The notes beneath the pieces are model-generated. The model searched no databases. It saw only the letters and a list, made by a program, of their open reading frames with translations, and was not told the origin of the DNA. Shown one piece after another: positions 50,905 to 60,310 of a stretch of 64,000 nt of DNA (positions are counted from its first letter, which is position 1; every line of letters starts with the position of its first letter). This DNA is from an uncultured delta proteobacterium. GTDB taxonomy: Bacteria > Desulfobacterota > Binatia > UBA9968. The stretch spans positions 32,001 to 96,000 of the forward strand of contig CAWJBB010000041.1 in the NCBI GenBank assembly GCA_963840855.1, in the 5' to 3' direction. The position numbers were made by a program, and so were the translations under genes.

Positions 50905-51922
50905 ATGCAAATCGATATCGAGTTTAACTCCGGCGCGCAATTGCCAATGGATGCGATTCCCGAATTGGCCCGTTTGGCGGAGGATCATGGATTTGGCTGC
51001 GCCTGGGGTGGAGAAGCCAACAATAAAGATCCGACGGTGATGTTGAGCGCGGTGGCGGCGGTAACCAGCCGAATGAAAATCGGCTCGGCGGTTTATCACA
51101 TTCTGGGCCGGACGCCGGTTACTCTCGCGCTGCAGGCGGCGGGGCTCGATGAGCTGTCGCAGGGGCGTTTTTTGCTCGGTTTGGGGTCGTCAAACCCGAC
51201 CATCGCGCGCTGGCATGGCGTGACTATGGACCATCCCCTCGGTCGAGTTGAAGAGTATCTTGATATCGTTCAGCGCGCCATGCGCGGAGATAAGCTCGAC
51301 TTCAGCGGCAAGTATTTTACGGCCCATGCTTTCAAGATGGCGTTCAAAACGGGTGAGAATCGGATCCCTGTTTATTTGGCTGCTTTTGGCCCGAAGATGA
51401 CGCGGCTTGCCGGGCGGATTGCCGACGGCGTCTTGATCAACATGGCAAATCCCAATGAAATTCGCCGCATCGCCGGTGAGGTGAGAGCGGGCGCCAGTGG
51501 ACGCGGGAAAATTGCCGGAAGCAATCGAGATCATCTGCAAAATCCGCTGCTCCATTGCCGACCGCCACGAGGTTGCCCGCGAAGCGCTGAGCCACGCGCT
51601 GACCTACTACGCGCTGGCGGATTACTACCGCGATCTCTTCGGCCGCATGGGATTCGCCCCGGAAGTCGAGGCCATGCGCTCGGCTTGGAAATCGGGAGGG
51701 TTTCATGCGGCGCGCCAGCTTATCACGGATCGTCTTTTTGAAGGGTTGCCGTTGGTGGCAGCGACTTCGGCTCGCGAGGTCGTCGAGCAGATCAAGCCCT
51801 ACGCCGATGCGGGGGCGACGCGCATCATTTTGCCCTACGTCGCGGCATCGGATGACGTGGTCGGCGAACTCAAGAGTTTTATCAACTACTGGACTCCGGC
51901 CACTACCGGATTGGTTCAATGA
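50905..51922 (+). CDS. LLM-class flavin-dependent oxidoreductase, frameshift near 51495
   Basis: TSRMKIGSAV, SQGRFLLGLG, AAFGPKM..LAGRIADG. Confidence 0.87.
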
Positions 51923-51949
51923 TGTTCCAATGACGAGGAGTTGCGCGTT

Positions 51950-52351
51950 ATGCCTTTTGAGCTAATCAACCCCGCTGGACTGGAACCTCCAGTCGGCTAT
52001 GCCCATGTTGCCAAACTCACGGGTGGAACGATCGTTCATGTCGCTGGGCAAGCGCCGTTTAACGAGAAAGGTGAAGTCGTGGGTAAAGGCGATTTTGTCG
52101 CGCAGTTCGGGCAGGTGATGAAAAACCTAAACACTGCCGTACAGGCCGTGGGTGGTAAGCCGAACCAGTACGCGGTGTTGACGATATACGTTACCGATGT
52201 ACAGGCTTATCACGAAAATACCAAGCCCCTCGGCAACCTCTACCGGGCGATTTTCGGAAAATATTTTCCGGCCATAACGCTGGTAGAAGTGAAAAGCCTG
52301 TATAACCCCGATTGTATGATTGAAGTGTCTGGGATGGCAGTTATCGGCTAG
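51950..52351 (+). CDS. RidA/YjgF family protein
   Basis: GYAH, VAGQ, FPAITLVEV, MIEV. Confidence 0.88.
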   Translation: MPFELINPAGLEPPVGYAHVAKLTGGTIVHVAGQAPFNEKGEVVGKGDFVAQFGQVMKNLNTAVQAVGGKPNQYAVLTIYVTDVQAYHENTKPLGNLYRAIFGKYFPAITLVEVKSLYNPDCMIEVSGMAVIG

Positions 52352-52463
52352 ATCTCGGCGACCGGAGTCATTGCGACTCGTTTCAGAGGCAAGTCCTGCC
52401 CGTGGCAAAGGATCATACGAGTGCCGCTGAAACAGTAGTAATCCGCGACGGTGCTGTTGGAGG

Positions 52464-52521
52464 CTGCCAAATTATGGTCATGGCTGCCAAAATATGGTCA
52501 TACCTGCCAAACGATATTCAT
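52464..52521. promoter_or_regulatory. Three 20-nt tandem repeats, candidate enhancer sites
   Basis: CTGCCAAATTATGGTCAT / CTGCCAAAATATGGTCAT / CTGCCAAACGATATTCAT. Confidence 0.7.
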
Positions 52522-52571
52522 TTAAAGTATCGAAGATCGGCCAAAAATCGATGGTTTCGCACCCGATTGAT

Positions 52572-52587
52572 TGGCACTCTGATTGCG
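52572..52587 (+). promoter_or_regulatory. Sigma-54 promoter
   Basis: TGGCACTCTGATTGCG, GG-N10-GC. Confidence 0.82.
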
Positions 52588-52642
52588 TAATTAAGCCAGT
52601 GACATCGCTGCCGATTCAAGATTTAAGGAGCGAAAAACTCTT

Positions 52643-52849
52643 ATGAGAAACAGCCCAATCAGACACTGGACGAATGATCCTGAACAAGATTTCTTTGAAA
52701 CCGTATCAGAAGAAGAAGTCATCGGTCTTTGGCGATCGATAAAAGGCAAGGGATTATCCGAGGACGACGCCTGGCATGCCATCGTGACTGGCATCGCCTT
52801 GGATATGGCCTTTGCCAAGACCAAAGCTAGCTTCGAAATCGAGCACTGA
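52643..52849 (+). CDS. Small hypothetical protein under sigma-54 control
   Basis: 68-aa ORF with AAGGAG upstream, directly after the promoter. Confidence 0.6.
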   Translation: MRNSPIRHWTNDPEQDFFETVSEEEVIGLWRSIKGKGLSEDDAWHAIVTGIALDMAFAKTKASFEIEH

Positions 52850-53117
52850 ACCCATATTTATTGCCTGCTGTGCCCCGGGCAGCGCGTCTAGGTGGTGTCA
52901 TTGCGCGTTGCCTGCTTCCAATAACGCCTTCCCGATCTACCCCGGATTCAGCGTTCGTCCACTTGGCCAGTTTTCCCGAACTGGTTTGGCCAAATAATCT
53001 CTTAGCTCTCCTCTTCGAAATAAATTTTCAGCGCTACCAATAATATCCGGTAATTCTCAGATTGACTGCTTAGGGGAAATCTGCTTGAATGTTGGCACAC
53101 TTCGGAAGGAGATTTTA

Positions 53118-53312
53118 ATGTCTCGCATTACGGTCGAAGATTGCCTGCAAAAAGTTAATAGCCGGTTTGAATTGGTGATGCTTGCGTCCAAGCGCGCGCG
53201 ACAACTGTTCAAGGGAGCCAAGCCGCTTATTGACTCGGATAACCGAGAAGTCGTCGTCGCTTTGCGCGAAATTGCCGCCGGAAAGGTGCGAAAAACCGCC
53301 GGCCAATCCTGA
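53118..53312 (+). CDS. rpoZ: RNA polymerase omega subunit
   Basis: [34 protein letters not shown]. Confidence 0.95.
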   Translation: MSRITVEDCLQKVNSRFELVMLASKRARQLFKGAKPLIDSDNREVVVALREIAAGKVRKTAGQS

Positions 53313-53451
53313 TGGTTGGTTGTCGACGGTTTTTTATTCTCCCTCCTTTAGCCAGCCTGTTCGGAGTTCGACCGCGTTAGTTCCATAGCAGTGACCCTCG
53401 CGCCGGTAATCACCGAATGCTTGCCGGCTGGCGAGGAATTTGGACCGGTTC

Positions 53452-54411
53452 ATGCCTACGGACGAAAAAGATACTTCTATAGAGCGGGAATTTCCCGAAA
53501 TCGAACTTCCCAAGATTCTTGAGGTTGAGGAGCGGGATGAGGGTGCGGGCAAAGCGCTTGTTCCCTTTGACCCGCTCCGGCGCTACCTCGCCGAGATCCG
53601 GCGTTTCTCGGTATTGAGCCGCGAGGAAGAGCACAAGCTCGCAGTCGATTATAAGGAGTACGGCAACCTGGAGGCCGCCTATAAGCTCGTGATGGGAAAT
53701 CTCCGGCTAGTAGTGATGATCGCGCGGGAATATCAAAAGGCCTTTAAAAATCTTCTCGATTTGATCCAGGAAGGCAATATGGGGTTGATGGAAGCGGTTA
53801 AGAACTTTGACCCTTACCGGGGGGTCCGCTTCCCGTCCTACGCGGTTTGGTGGATTCGCGCCTATATCATCCGCTACATCATGAGCGACTGGCGCATGGT
53901 TAAGATTGGCACAACGCAAGCTCAGCGCAAGCTGTTTTTCAATCTGCAAAAGGAAAAGGAAAAGCTCGAAGCGCAAGGAATCACGCCCGGGCCAAAATTA
54001 CTGGCGCAGCGGCTCAACGTCAAGGAAGACGAAGTCATCGAGATGGAGCAACGGCTGGGTAGCCGGGATCTCTCGGTGGATGTTCCGATCGGTGAGGGGG
54101 ATGAGGCGACGCTGCTCAATTTTCTCCCTGACCATAAGCAAAACCCGGAGGAAGAGATCGCCGACACGCAGTACCGCCAAGTGCTGCGCGAAAAGATGGC
54201 TCATTTCGCCAAGAGTCTCAAGGACAAAGAACTGGTTATTTACCGCGAGAGATTGCTCAACGAAGAGCCGCGGACGCTCAGAGAGATCGGCGAGAAATAC
54301 GGTATTAGCCGCGAGCGCGTGCGCCAGATCGAAGAACGGGTGAAGAAGAAACTCAAAGCTTATTTGCGTAAAGAACTAAAAGATTTCGCGGAAGCGACGG
54401 GGTCGGAATAA
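53452..54411 (+). CDS. rpoH: RpoH/sigma-32-family sigma factor
   Basis: DLIQEGNMGL, YAVWWIRA, RpoH box QRKLFFNL, ISRERVRQIE. Confidence 0.9.
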   Translation: MPTDEKDTSIEREFPEIELPKILEVEERDEGAGKALVPFDPLRRYLAEIRRFSVLSREEEHKLAVDYKEYGNLEAAYKLVMGNLRLVVMIAREYQKAFKNLLDLIQEGNMGLMEAVKNFDPYRGVRFPSYAVWWIRAYIIRYIMSDWRMVKIGTTQAQRKLFFNLQKEKEKLEAQGITPGPKLLAQRLNVKEDEVIEMEQRLGSRDLSVDVPIGEGDEATLLNFLPDHKQNPEEEIADTQYRQVLREKMAHFAKSLKDKELVIYRERLLNEEPRTLREIGEKYGISRERVRQIEERVKKKLKAYLRKELKDFAEATGSE

Positions 54412-54538
54412 GCGTTTTTTACATCCGTTGGGGTGTTTGTTTTTTATGATTGGCGGCCCGGCCCCGGAGAGCGACATTTAACCTGCCATTTTCGCTTGCC
54501 ACGCGCACGCGCTTCTGATAGCAAAAATTGCATACTGT

Positions 54539-55015
54539 GTGGGAGGAATTTTCTTGCAATTTCAAAAAGAAATCGAGATCGCGGTGCCTGTGGAAAAAGT
54601 TTGGAACTTCATTTGGGACGTGGACCGTTTCATCGCCTGCGTGCCGGGTTGTCGGGAGGCGAAAACCCTCGAAGCCGGCAAGCGTTACTCCGCCACCATG
54701 ATCGAAAAGGTCGGGCCGTTCAAAGTCGAGTTTCCAACAATCATCGAGGTGCTGGAGCGCGACGAACTTCGTCGTATCAAGGCCCGGGCGTCCGGCGCGG
54801 ACAATAAAATCGGCAGCCGAATGAAGATCGACCTGGACGTAAATTTGCGCGAAGAGGGCGACAAGACGGTGTTAGGATTTATCGCGGGGGTGGATATTTT
54901 GGGAAAATTGGCGGCGCTGGGTCACGGCATTATCAAACGCAAGGCCGATCAGGTTTTGGATGAATTCGCCCAGGCAGTGAAGAAGCGATTGGAAGGAGAT
55001 TCGCAAGATGCTTAG
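54539..55015 (+). CDS. CoxG-like SRPBCC protein
   Basis: VWNFIWD...ACVPG, KVGP, GKLAALG; start uncertain. Confidence 0.82.
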   Translation: MGGIFLQFQKEIEIAVPVEKVWNFIWDVDRFIACVPGCREAKTLEAGKRYSATMIEKVGPFKVEFPTIIEVLERDELRRIKARASGADNKIGSRMKIDLDVNLREEGDKTVLGFIAGVDILGKLAALGHGIIKRKADQVLDEFAQAVKKRLEGDSQDA

Positions 55016-55856
55016 ACGGTTCCGCTTGGAAGAGCCGGAAAGCGTGCAGGAAGCAGCGGATTTACTCAACCGATACGGTGACAGCGCTAAAGTTTACGCC
55101 GGCGGCACGGAACTCCTGCTGGCGATGAAGGAAGGCTTGGTTCACTACGAGCGTCTGATCAACGTTAAACAGCTCAAAGGCTTGAACGAGGTTAGACTCG
55201 ACAATGGGACAGTTTCCGTCGGCGCTCTTTGTACGCACCATCAGCTGGAAACCGCGCCGCTGCTCAAAGAGCATCTTCCCGCGCTGGTTGAGTTGGAGAA
55301 AAACGTCGCCAACGTGAGGGTGCGCCAGGCAGGCACCATCGGCGGCAATCTATGCTTCGCCGAACCTCATGCGGATCCGGGAACTTTGCTCTTGGCTTTG
55401 GGAGCGACGCTGGTGGCGCAGAGATCGTCGTCGCGGCGCGAGATTGCGGCGGCGGATTTTTTCATCGATGCCTACGAAACCTCTTTGGCAGCGGATGAAG
55501 TGCTGAGCGAAATTCGCATACCGGCGCCGGCGGCTAGATCAGGCATCGCCTACCTAAAGTTCGGCTATCTCGAAAGGCCCAGCGTCGGCGTGGCCATCGC
55601 ATTGACTTTGAACGGCGGTATCAGTGACGCGAAGATCGCCGTGGGCTGTGCCGGTCCGGCGCCAAAGCGCGTGGCCGAAGCGGAAGCGATGCTCAAAGGA
55701 AAGAGCATTGAAGAGGCGACCCGTAATTTGGCGAGCGCGGGTCAAGTGGCGGGGCGCGCCGCGCAAGCGATCAGTGATTTGCACGGAGCGCAAGACTACA
55801 AGGAACATATCGTCGGCGTGTTGCTGAAGCGCGCTTTTCAGCGGGCGGTGGGCTAG
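55008..55856 (+). CDS. Xanthine dehydrogenase-family FAD-binding (CoxM-like) subunit
   Basis: AGGTELL, TIGGNL..AEP.AD. Confidence 0.9.
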   Translation: MLRRFRLEEPESVQEAADLLNRYGDSAKVYAGGTELLLAMKEGLVHYERLINVKQLKGLNEVRLDNGTVSVGALCTHHQLETAPLLKEHLPALVELEKNVANVRVRQAGTIGGNLCFAEPHADPGTLLLALGATLVAQRSSSRREIAAADFFIDAYETSLAADEVLSEIRIPAPAARSGIAYLKFGYLERPSVGVAIALTLNGGISDAKIAVGCAGPAPKRVAEAEAMLKGKSIEEATRNLASAGQVAGRAAQAISDLHGAQDYKEHIVGVLLKRAFQRAVG

Positions 55857-55861
55857 CAGGT

Positions 55862-55970
55862 TTCTGAAAAACCTCCGTTCGCCCTTCGACCAGGCTCAGA
55901 GCCAACGGAGGTTTTACTGATTTCATTAGTAAATCCTGAGCCCGTCGAAGCATGGAGTCCCTTTCTAGCA
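55862..55970. repeat. REP-like element (CCTTCGAC..GCTCAG / CTGAGC..GTCGAAG family), uninterrupted copy
   Basis: CCTCCGTTCGCCCTTCGACCAGGCTCAGAGCCAACGGAGG...CCTGAGCCCGTCGAAGC; same architecture as the IS110 target. Confidence 0.72.
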
Positions 55971-56012
55971 AGGTACTAGGGCTTGGGCATATTACCGATT
56001 GGGGAGAAGTTG

Positions 56013-56525
56013 ATGGCGAAAGCAATGACCAGACCTTCAAAGGCGCAAACGATAGAGGTTTCCTTCACGCTCAACGGCAGGTTGCAGGAAATCGAAGTGG
56101 AACCGCATGAATTGCTCCTCGATGTCATACGCGAAAGATTGGGCCTTACTGGAGTCAAGCTATCCTGCGACGTTCAAGTTTGCGGCGCTTGTACGTTGCT
56201 CGTTGACGGCCGGCCGGTTAGCGCTTGCACAACGCTGGCGTTCGAGGTTCGCGGCCGCTCGGTGCTGACCATCGAAGGTTTGGCTGAAGATGGCAAACTT
56301 CACCCCTTACAAGACGCCTTCATCGAACATGGCGGCTTCCAATGCGGCTTTTGCACGCCGGGGATGATTTTGGCCGCCAAGGCGCTGCTCGACGAAAACC
56401 CGAATCCCACCGAAGATGAATTGAAACATTTCATGCACGGCAATATCTGTCGGTGTACCGGCTATAAGAAAATCATCGAGTCGATCATGGCCGCGGCGAA
56501 AACAATGCGCGCAGGGCGCGCGTAA
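56013..56525 (+). CDS. (2Fe-2S)-binding small subunit (CoxS-like)
   Basis: CDVQVCGACT, QCGFCTPG, CRCTGY. Confidence 0.93.
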   Translation: MAKAMTRPSKAQTIEVSFTLNGRLQEIEVEPHELLLDVIRERLGLTGVKLSCDVQVCGACTLLVDGRPVSACTTLAFEVRGRSVLTIEGLAEDGKLHPLQDAFIEHGGFQCGFCTPGMILAAKALLDENPNPTEDELKHFMHGNICRCTGYKKIIESIMAAAKTMRAGRA

Positions 56526-56612
56526 TCGTTCAAGTAGTTCCAATCGTTCAAGCCGTTCAAACCGTTTTCGGAGTTATGAACTGGAACTAACGGCTTGAAC
56601 GACGAACGTTTT
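56526..56612. repeat. Inverted 9-nt-period GTTCAA/TTGAAC array between convergent genes
   Basis: TCGTTCAAGTAGTTCCAATCGTTCAAGCCGTTCAAACCG ... CGGCTTGAACGACGAACG. Confidence 0.72.
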
Positions 56613-58032
56613 AATCTTCTATTCCGTATTCTTTCCATCTGCTAGCAACTATATCGAGATGCTCTTTCGGCGGCAGTGAAATTGCCGGATATTGATGCTT
56701 TCTGGTGGCGTCGATTCCAATACGGGAGCCGACATTCCGGCTCGGATCATGTTGAAGCACACCAGCCGGGGCCTGGGACGGATCAAGGCCGACGGCTTGG
56801 ACGTCCGTTTCGATATAGATATCCTTGTCGGGCCGAACATGCCAGCTTAGCGCCCAATCGACGGCGAAGTCATCCCAGACATCGATATCGTCATCGACCA
56901 CCACGGTGATCTTGCCAAAACCAGTTCGTAACGACCAGGCGCCGTACATGAGCTGACGTACTTGCCCAACGAACTGTTTTTTTAGCGAGATGACTAAGAA
57001 GGCGCCACTGCCGCCGGCTTCTTTGAGCCGCAGTTCTTTGATCGGAATATGCAGCGTGTCTTTCAAATGTTTGAAAAGCGGCCACTCACGGCCGATGCCG
57101 CGAATGCAACTGGACTCCGACGGCGGCATCTGGCTGATGAACGCTTGATAGAGCGGCTTGTTGCGATAGGTCATGCACTTGATGTTAAAGAACGGTTCGT
57201 TGCCTGCCGGACCCATATAGCCGGTGTACTCGCCGAAAGGACCTTCGGGTTCGACGGCATTGGGCGGAATCTCGCCTTCGAGAACGATTTCCGCGGTTGC
57301 TGGTACTTCCAACGGGACGGTTTCGCACGGCACCAGATCGACCGGCTCGCCGCGCAGCGCGCCGGCTACGGCGAATTCGTCCAGCGCCTCCGACATCTTC
57401 GATACGGACACGTAGCCGATCGACGGATCGGCGCCGATAACCACGGCCACCGGCGTGGGTTTATTCTGGGCGTTGTTCTTGAGAATATGCAGCGCCATAT
57501 CTTGGCGCCTGCCGATCAAAAGACCGGTCTTGTTCGGGCCTTTGACCTGCATACGATAGGTGCCGACGTTGCGCACGCCGGTTTCGGGGTCTTTGGTGAT
57601 CAGATAGGGCGATGTAAAGAACGGTGCGGGATCTTCACCTACCGTCCATGTCGGGACCGGTAGTTTGGTGATGTCGACATCCTTGCCGTGGAGAATGTTT
57701 TCCTTGCAGGGGGCCTCTCTGACCATCCGGGGCGGGATCGGATTGCCCAATGCATGGTCCCACTTACGGTTGATACCTTCGACCGTTTCCGTTTGCAGGC
57801 CGAGGGCGTATATTTCTCGCGACGCGCCGAGTACGCCGGCGACCACTGGGATCTTGAAACCTTTAACGTTTTCGAACACCACCGCGGGTCGTTTTGACGG
57901 CGGGATTTTCTTGAACAGCTGGCGGCAAACTGCGGCGATTTCCCAATCCTTCTCGACTTCTTTGGTCACCCGCTTGAGTTTTCCGTGCTTCTCCAGGGTA
58001 GCGACGTATTCCCGTAGATCGCGATAAGCCAT
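56611..58032 (-). CDS. UbiD-family (prFMN-dependent) decarboxylase
   Basis: DLREY, RNVGTYR, VPATAEIVLEG, EGPFGEYTGY, VDDDID, IDATRK. Confidence 0.93.
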   Translation of the reverse strand: MAYRDLREYVATLEKHGKLKRVTKEVEKDWEIAAVCRQLFKKIPPSKRPAVVFENVKGFKIPVVAGVLGASREIYALGLQTETVEGINRKWDHALGNPIPPRMVREAPCKENILHGKDVDITKLPVPTWTVGEDPAPFFTSPYLITKDPETGVRNVGTYRMQVKGPNKTGLLIGRRQDMALHILKNNAQNKPTPVAVVIGADPSIGYVSVSKMSEALDEFAVAGALRGEPVDLVPCETVPLEVPATAEIVLEGEIPPNAVEPEGPFGEYTGYMGPAGNEPFFNIKCMTYRNKPLYQAFISQMPPSESSCIRGIGREWPLFKHLKDTLHIPIKELRLKEAGGSGAFLVISLKKQFVGQVRQLMYGAWSLRTGFGKITVVVDDDIDVWDDFAVDWALSWHVRPDKDIYIETDVQAVGLDPSQAPAGVLQHDPSRNVGSRIGIDATRKHQYPAISLPPKEHLDIVASRWKEYGIED

Positions 58033-58314
58033 GAATCCTCCAGAGTTACTGAAACCGAACGAGAAATTTGCCGTATAATAGTCACAAATCGTTTATATAT
58101 CAATAATCGTCGTAGAAAATATCTCGCTAATTGGGGTTCATGGTTCATGCCCGTCCGAACACAAGCACGAGTCGCGTGAGGTGATTGAACGCGTTCTGGC
58201 GGCTGCGCGGGCGAGGTTATGCGTATGCGTAAGCGTGAAAAGGAGTGTTGGGTCGTAGATGCTTAACTCGAGTTTCCAGCACTCAAGTTTTGACTAGGTG
58301 AGGCGTGACTCGTA

Positions 58315-58362
58315 TTCTTCAACGGCTTGAACTGTTTGAACGTTTTGAACGGCTTGAACCGT
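58315..58362. repeat. 9-nt-period TTGAAC array
   Basis: CGGCTTGAACTGTTTGAACGTTTTGAACGGCTTGAACCG. Confidence 0.7.
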
Positions 58363-58446
58363 TCCTTGGAGCGGGGCGATTGCACGCGACGTAAGATACA
58401 CGCTTGTGACGCAGCAATTGGCCTATGAGGCTTTTTCGTCTGCCTG

Positions 58447-59373
58447 CTAGGCGCGAATTTCCGCGCGCATGAAGATGATATAGGATATGCCGAAACAGAC
58501 CGCCACGAGGCCAAACAGGGTCGTGATATGAGGCCAGATCAAAGCCATGCTCTGTTCGAGCGCCAACGGCGTCGCCAGGATTCCTTCGGCTTGGCCCGGG
58601 AGAACTCCGCCAAATGTCCGACCGGTGGTAGGGTTAAGGAGAATTTGAACGCTTTCGTTGAAAAGCGTGCTCGGAGAAATTCGCCCCACGAGATTGGCGA
58701 TGTCCATTTGGCGCGAGACGGCTTCCGGGGTCGTCGCGTCAGGGACAGCGACGTTCGCGATGGCTAAAGTCAATACTGGAATGAAGAGGAGCATGAAAAG
58801 CCAAACGGCCATGGAGGCGAGGGCCGCTGTGACGGTTTTTTGAAAAAGCAGCGAAAAAAGCATGGCGAGCGCCAGCCAAAATCCAACGTAAAAAACCCCC
58901 ACCGTGGTGAAGATCAACATGCGCCAAAGCTCTTCAGTGTTAGGCGGAAAGCCTAGCAGTATGATCCCCAAGCCGATAACCAGCAAGAGGATCGAGCTCC
59001 ACAGCACCGAGACAGTAGCGAGGCCGGCGAAAAATTTGCCGTTGATCAAGCTGTCGCGGTAAATCGGCTGCGAGAGCACGCGACTCAGCGTGCCGCGGGC
59101 GTATTCACCGCTGATGGAATCAAAGCCCAGGGTGATGCCCACCAGCGGGCCGAAAAACCCCAGTAGAGTGGCAAGGGAAAAAATGCTTTCACCGCTCGAT
59201 GTGACCAATAGCAAAAAAACAAACTGCGGGGGCACGATCTCTGAGTTCTGGCGTATCGCCTGGCCGGTTGAATAACTCGCCCACAGACCAAATAGCAGAA
59301 CGATTACCAAAAGGATCATGAAACGGCGGCTACTGAAGTGATCCGCTAATTCTTTCCAAAAAACCACGCTCAT
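58447..59373 (-). CDS. ABC-2 type transporter permease
   Basis: LGFDSISGEYARGTLSRVLSQP..R..GKF; multiple TM helices. Confidence 0.9.
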   Translation of the reverse strand: MSVVFWKELADHFSSRRFMILLVIVLLFGLWASYSTGQAIRQNSEIVPPQFVFLLLVTSSGESIFSLATLLGFFGPLVGITLGFDSISGEYARGTLSRVLSQPIYRDSLINGKFFAGLATVSVLWSSILLLVIGLGIILLGFPPNTEELWRMLIFTTVGVFYVGFWLALAMLFSLLFQKTVTAALASMAVWLFMLLFIPVLTLAIANVAVPDATTPEAVSRQMDIANLVGRISPSTLFNESVQILLNPTTGRTFGGVLPGQAEGILATPLALEQSMALIWPHITTLFGLVAVCFGISYIIFMRAEIRA

Positions 59374-59377
59374 TGGC

Positions 59378-60310
59378 TTACGCCTCGCGAAAATATTTGA
59401 GATAGATTTCTTCTAGGGTCGGGTCTTCGGAGCGCAACTGAAGCAGCTTGAGCCCATTACGCCCGACCAGGGAAACGATTTCGCCGCGAACATCCTGCGT
59501 GCAGCGCAAAAACCAGCCGTGGCTTCGCTTTTCGACTTCATCGACTCCCTGAATGGCTTGCAACTCCCGCTGCAGGCCGCCGCCATCCCCGCTGACTTCA
59601 ACGAGGAAATTCCACTGCCGCCCTTTGAGGATCGATTTGCCCAACTGGTCCATTTCCCCCTGGACGATGAGGCGGCCTTTGACGATGATGCCCACGCGAC
59701 TGCAAATTTGTTGGACTTGCTGCAGCTGATGCGACGACAGCATGACCGTCAAGTTGTGCTCACGATTGAGGTCCTTGATCAGTTCAAGAATGCGGATGGC
59801 GCCGTCAGGATCAATGCCCAAAGTCGGTTCGTCCAGGAAAACCGCCTGCGGTTTTTTTACCAGAACTTCAGCGATGCCGAGCCGCTGCTTCATACCGCGG
59901 GAAAATTCGCGGACGAGCCGTCGGCCGTCATCCGGAAGCCCTACCTGATCGAGCACGTCAGCGGTGCGCCGGCGCGCTTCGTTTTCTGGAATGCGGTTCA
60001 AGCGCGCCATGTAAAGGAGATTGTCACGCGCGCTGATGTCATCGTAGAAGCCAGGGCTTTCGGGTAAGTAGCCAACCCGCCGCTTGACCTCAAGCGACTC
60101 ACGGGTGGGGTTGAAGCCGCACACCGAAACATCGCCAGAAGTCGGCTCGGTGAGCCCCAGAAGCATGAGAATCGTCGTCGTCTTGCCCGCGCCGTTGGGT
60201 CCGAGAAAACCGAAGACCTCTCCTTCCTGGACGGTCAGGTTGAGCGCGTTGACCGCGAGAATTTCGTGGTAACGCTTGGTTAAGTCTTTGGTTTCGACGA
60301 CGGCGCTCAT
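59378..60310 (-). CDS. ABC transporter ATP-binding protein
   Basis: GPNGAGKTT, FSRGMKQR, LDEPT. Confidence 0.93.
   Translation of the reverse strand: MSAVVETKDLTKRYHEILAVNALNLTVQEGEVFGFLGPNGAGKTTTILMLLGLTEPTSGDVSVCGFNPTRESLEVKRRVGYLPESPGFYDDISARDNLLYMARLNRIPENEARRRTADVLDQVGLPDDGRRLVREFSRGMKQRLGIAEVLVKKPQAVFLDEPTLGIDPDGAIRILELIKDLNREHNLTVMLSSHQLQQVQQICSRVGIIVKGRLIVQGEMDQLGKSILKGRQWNFLVEVSGDGGGLQRELQAIQGVDEVEKRSHGWFLRCTQDVRGEIVSLVGRNGLKLLQLRSEDPTLEEIYLKYFREA

Noticed and set aside
52464-52521. Possible mini-CRISPR or iteron array
   Set aside because: Units are contiguous with no unique spacers and no cas or rep genes nearby; the position fits enhancer sites.
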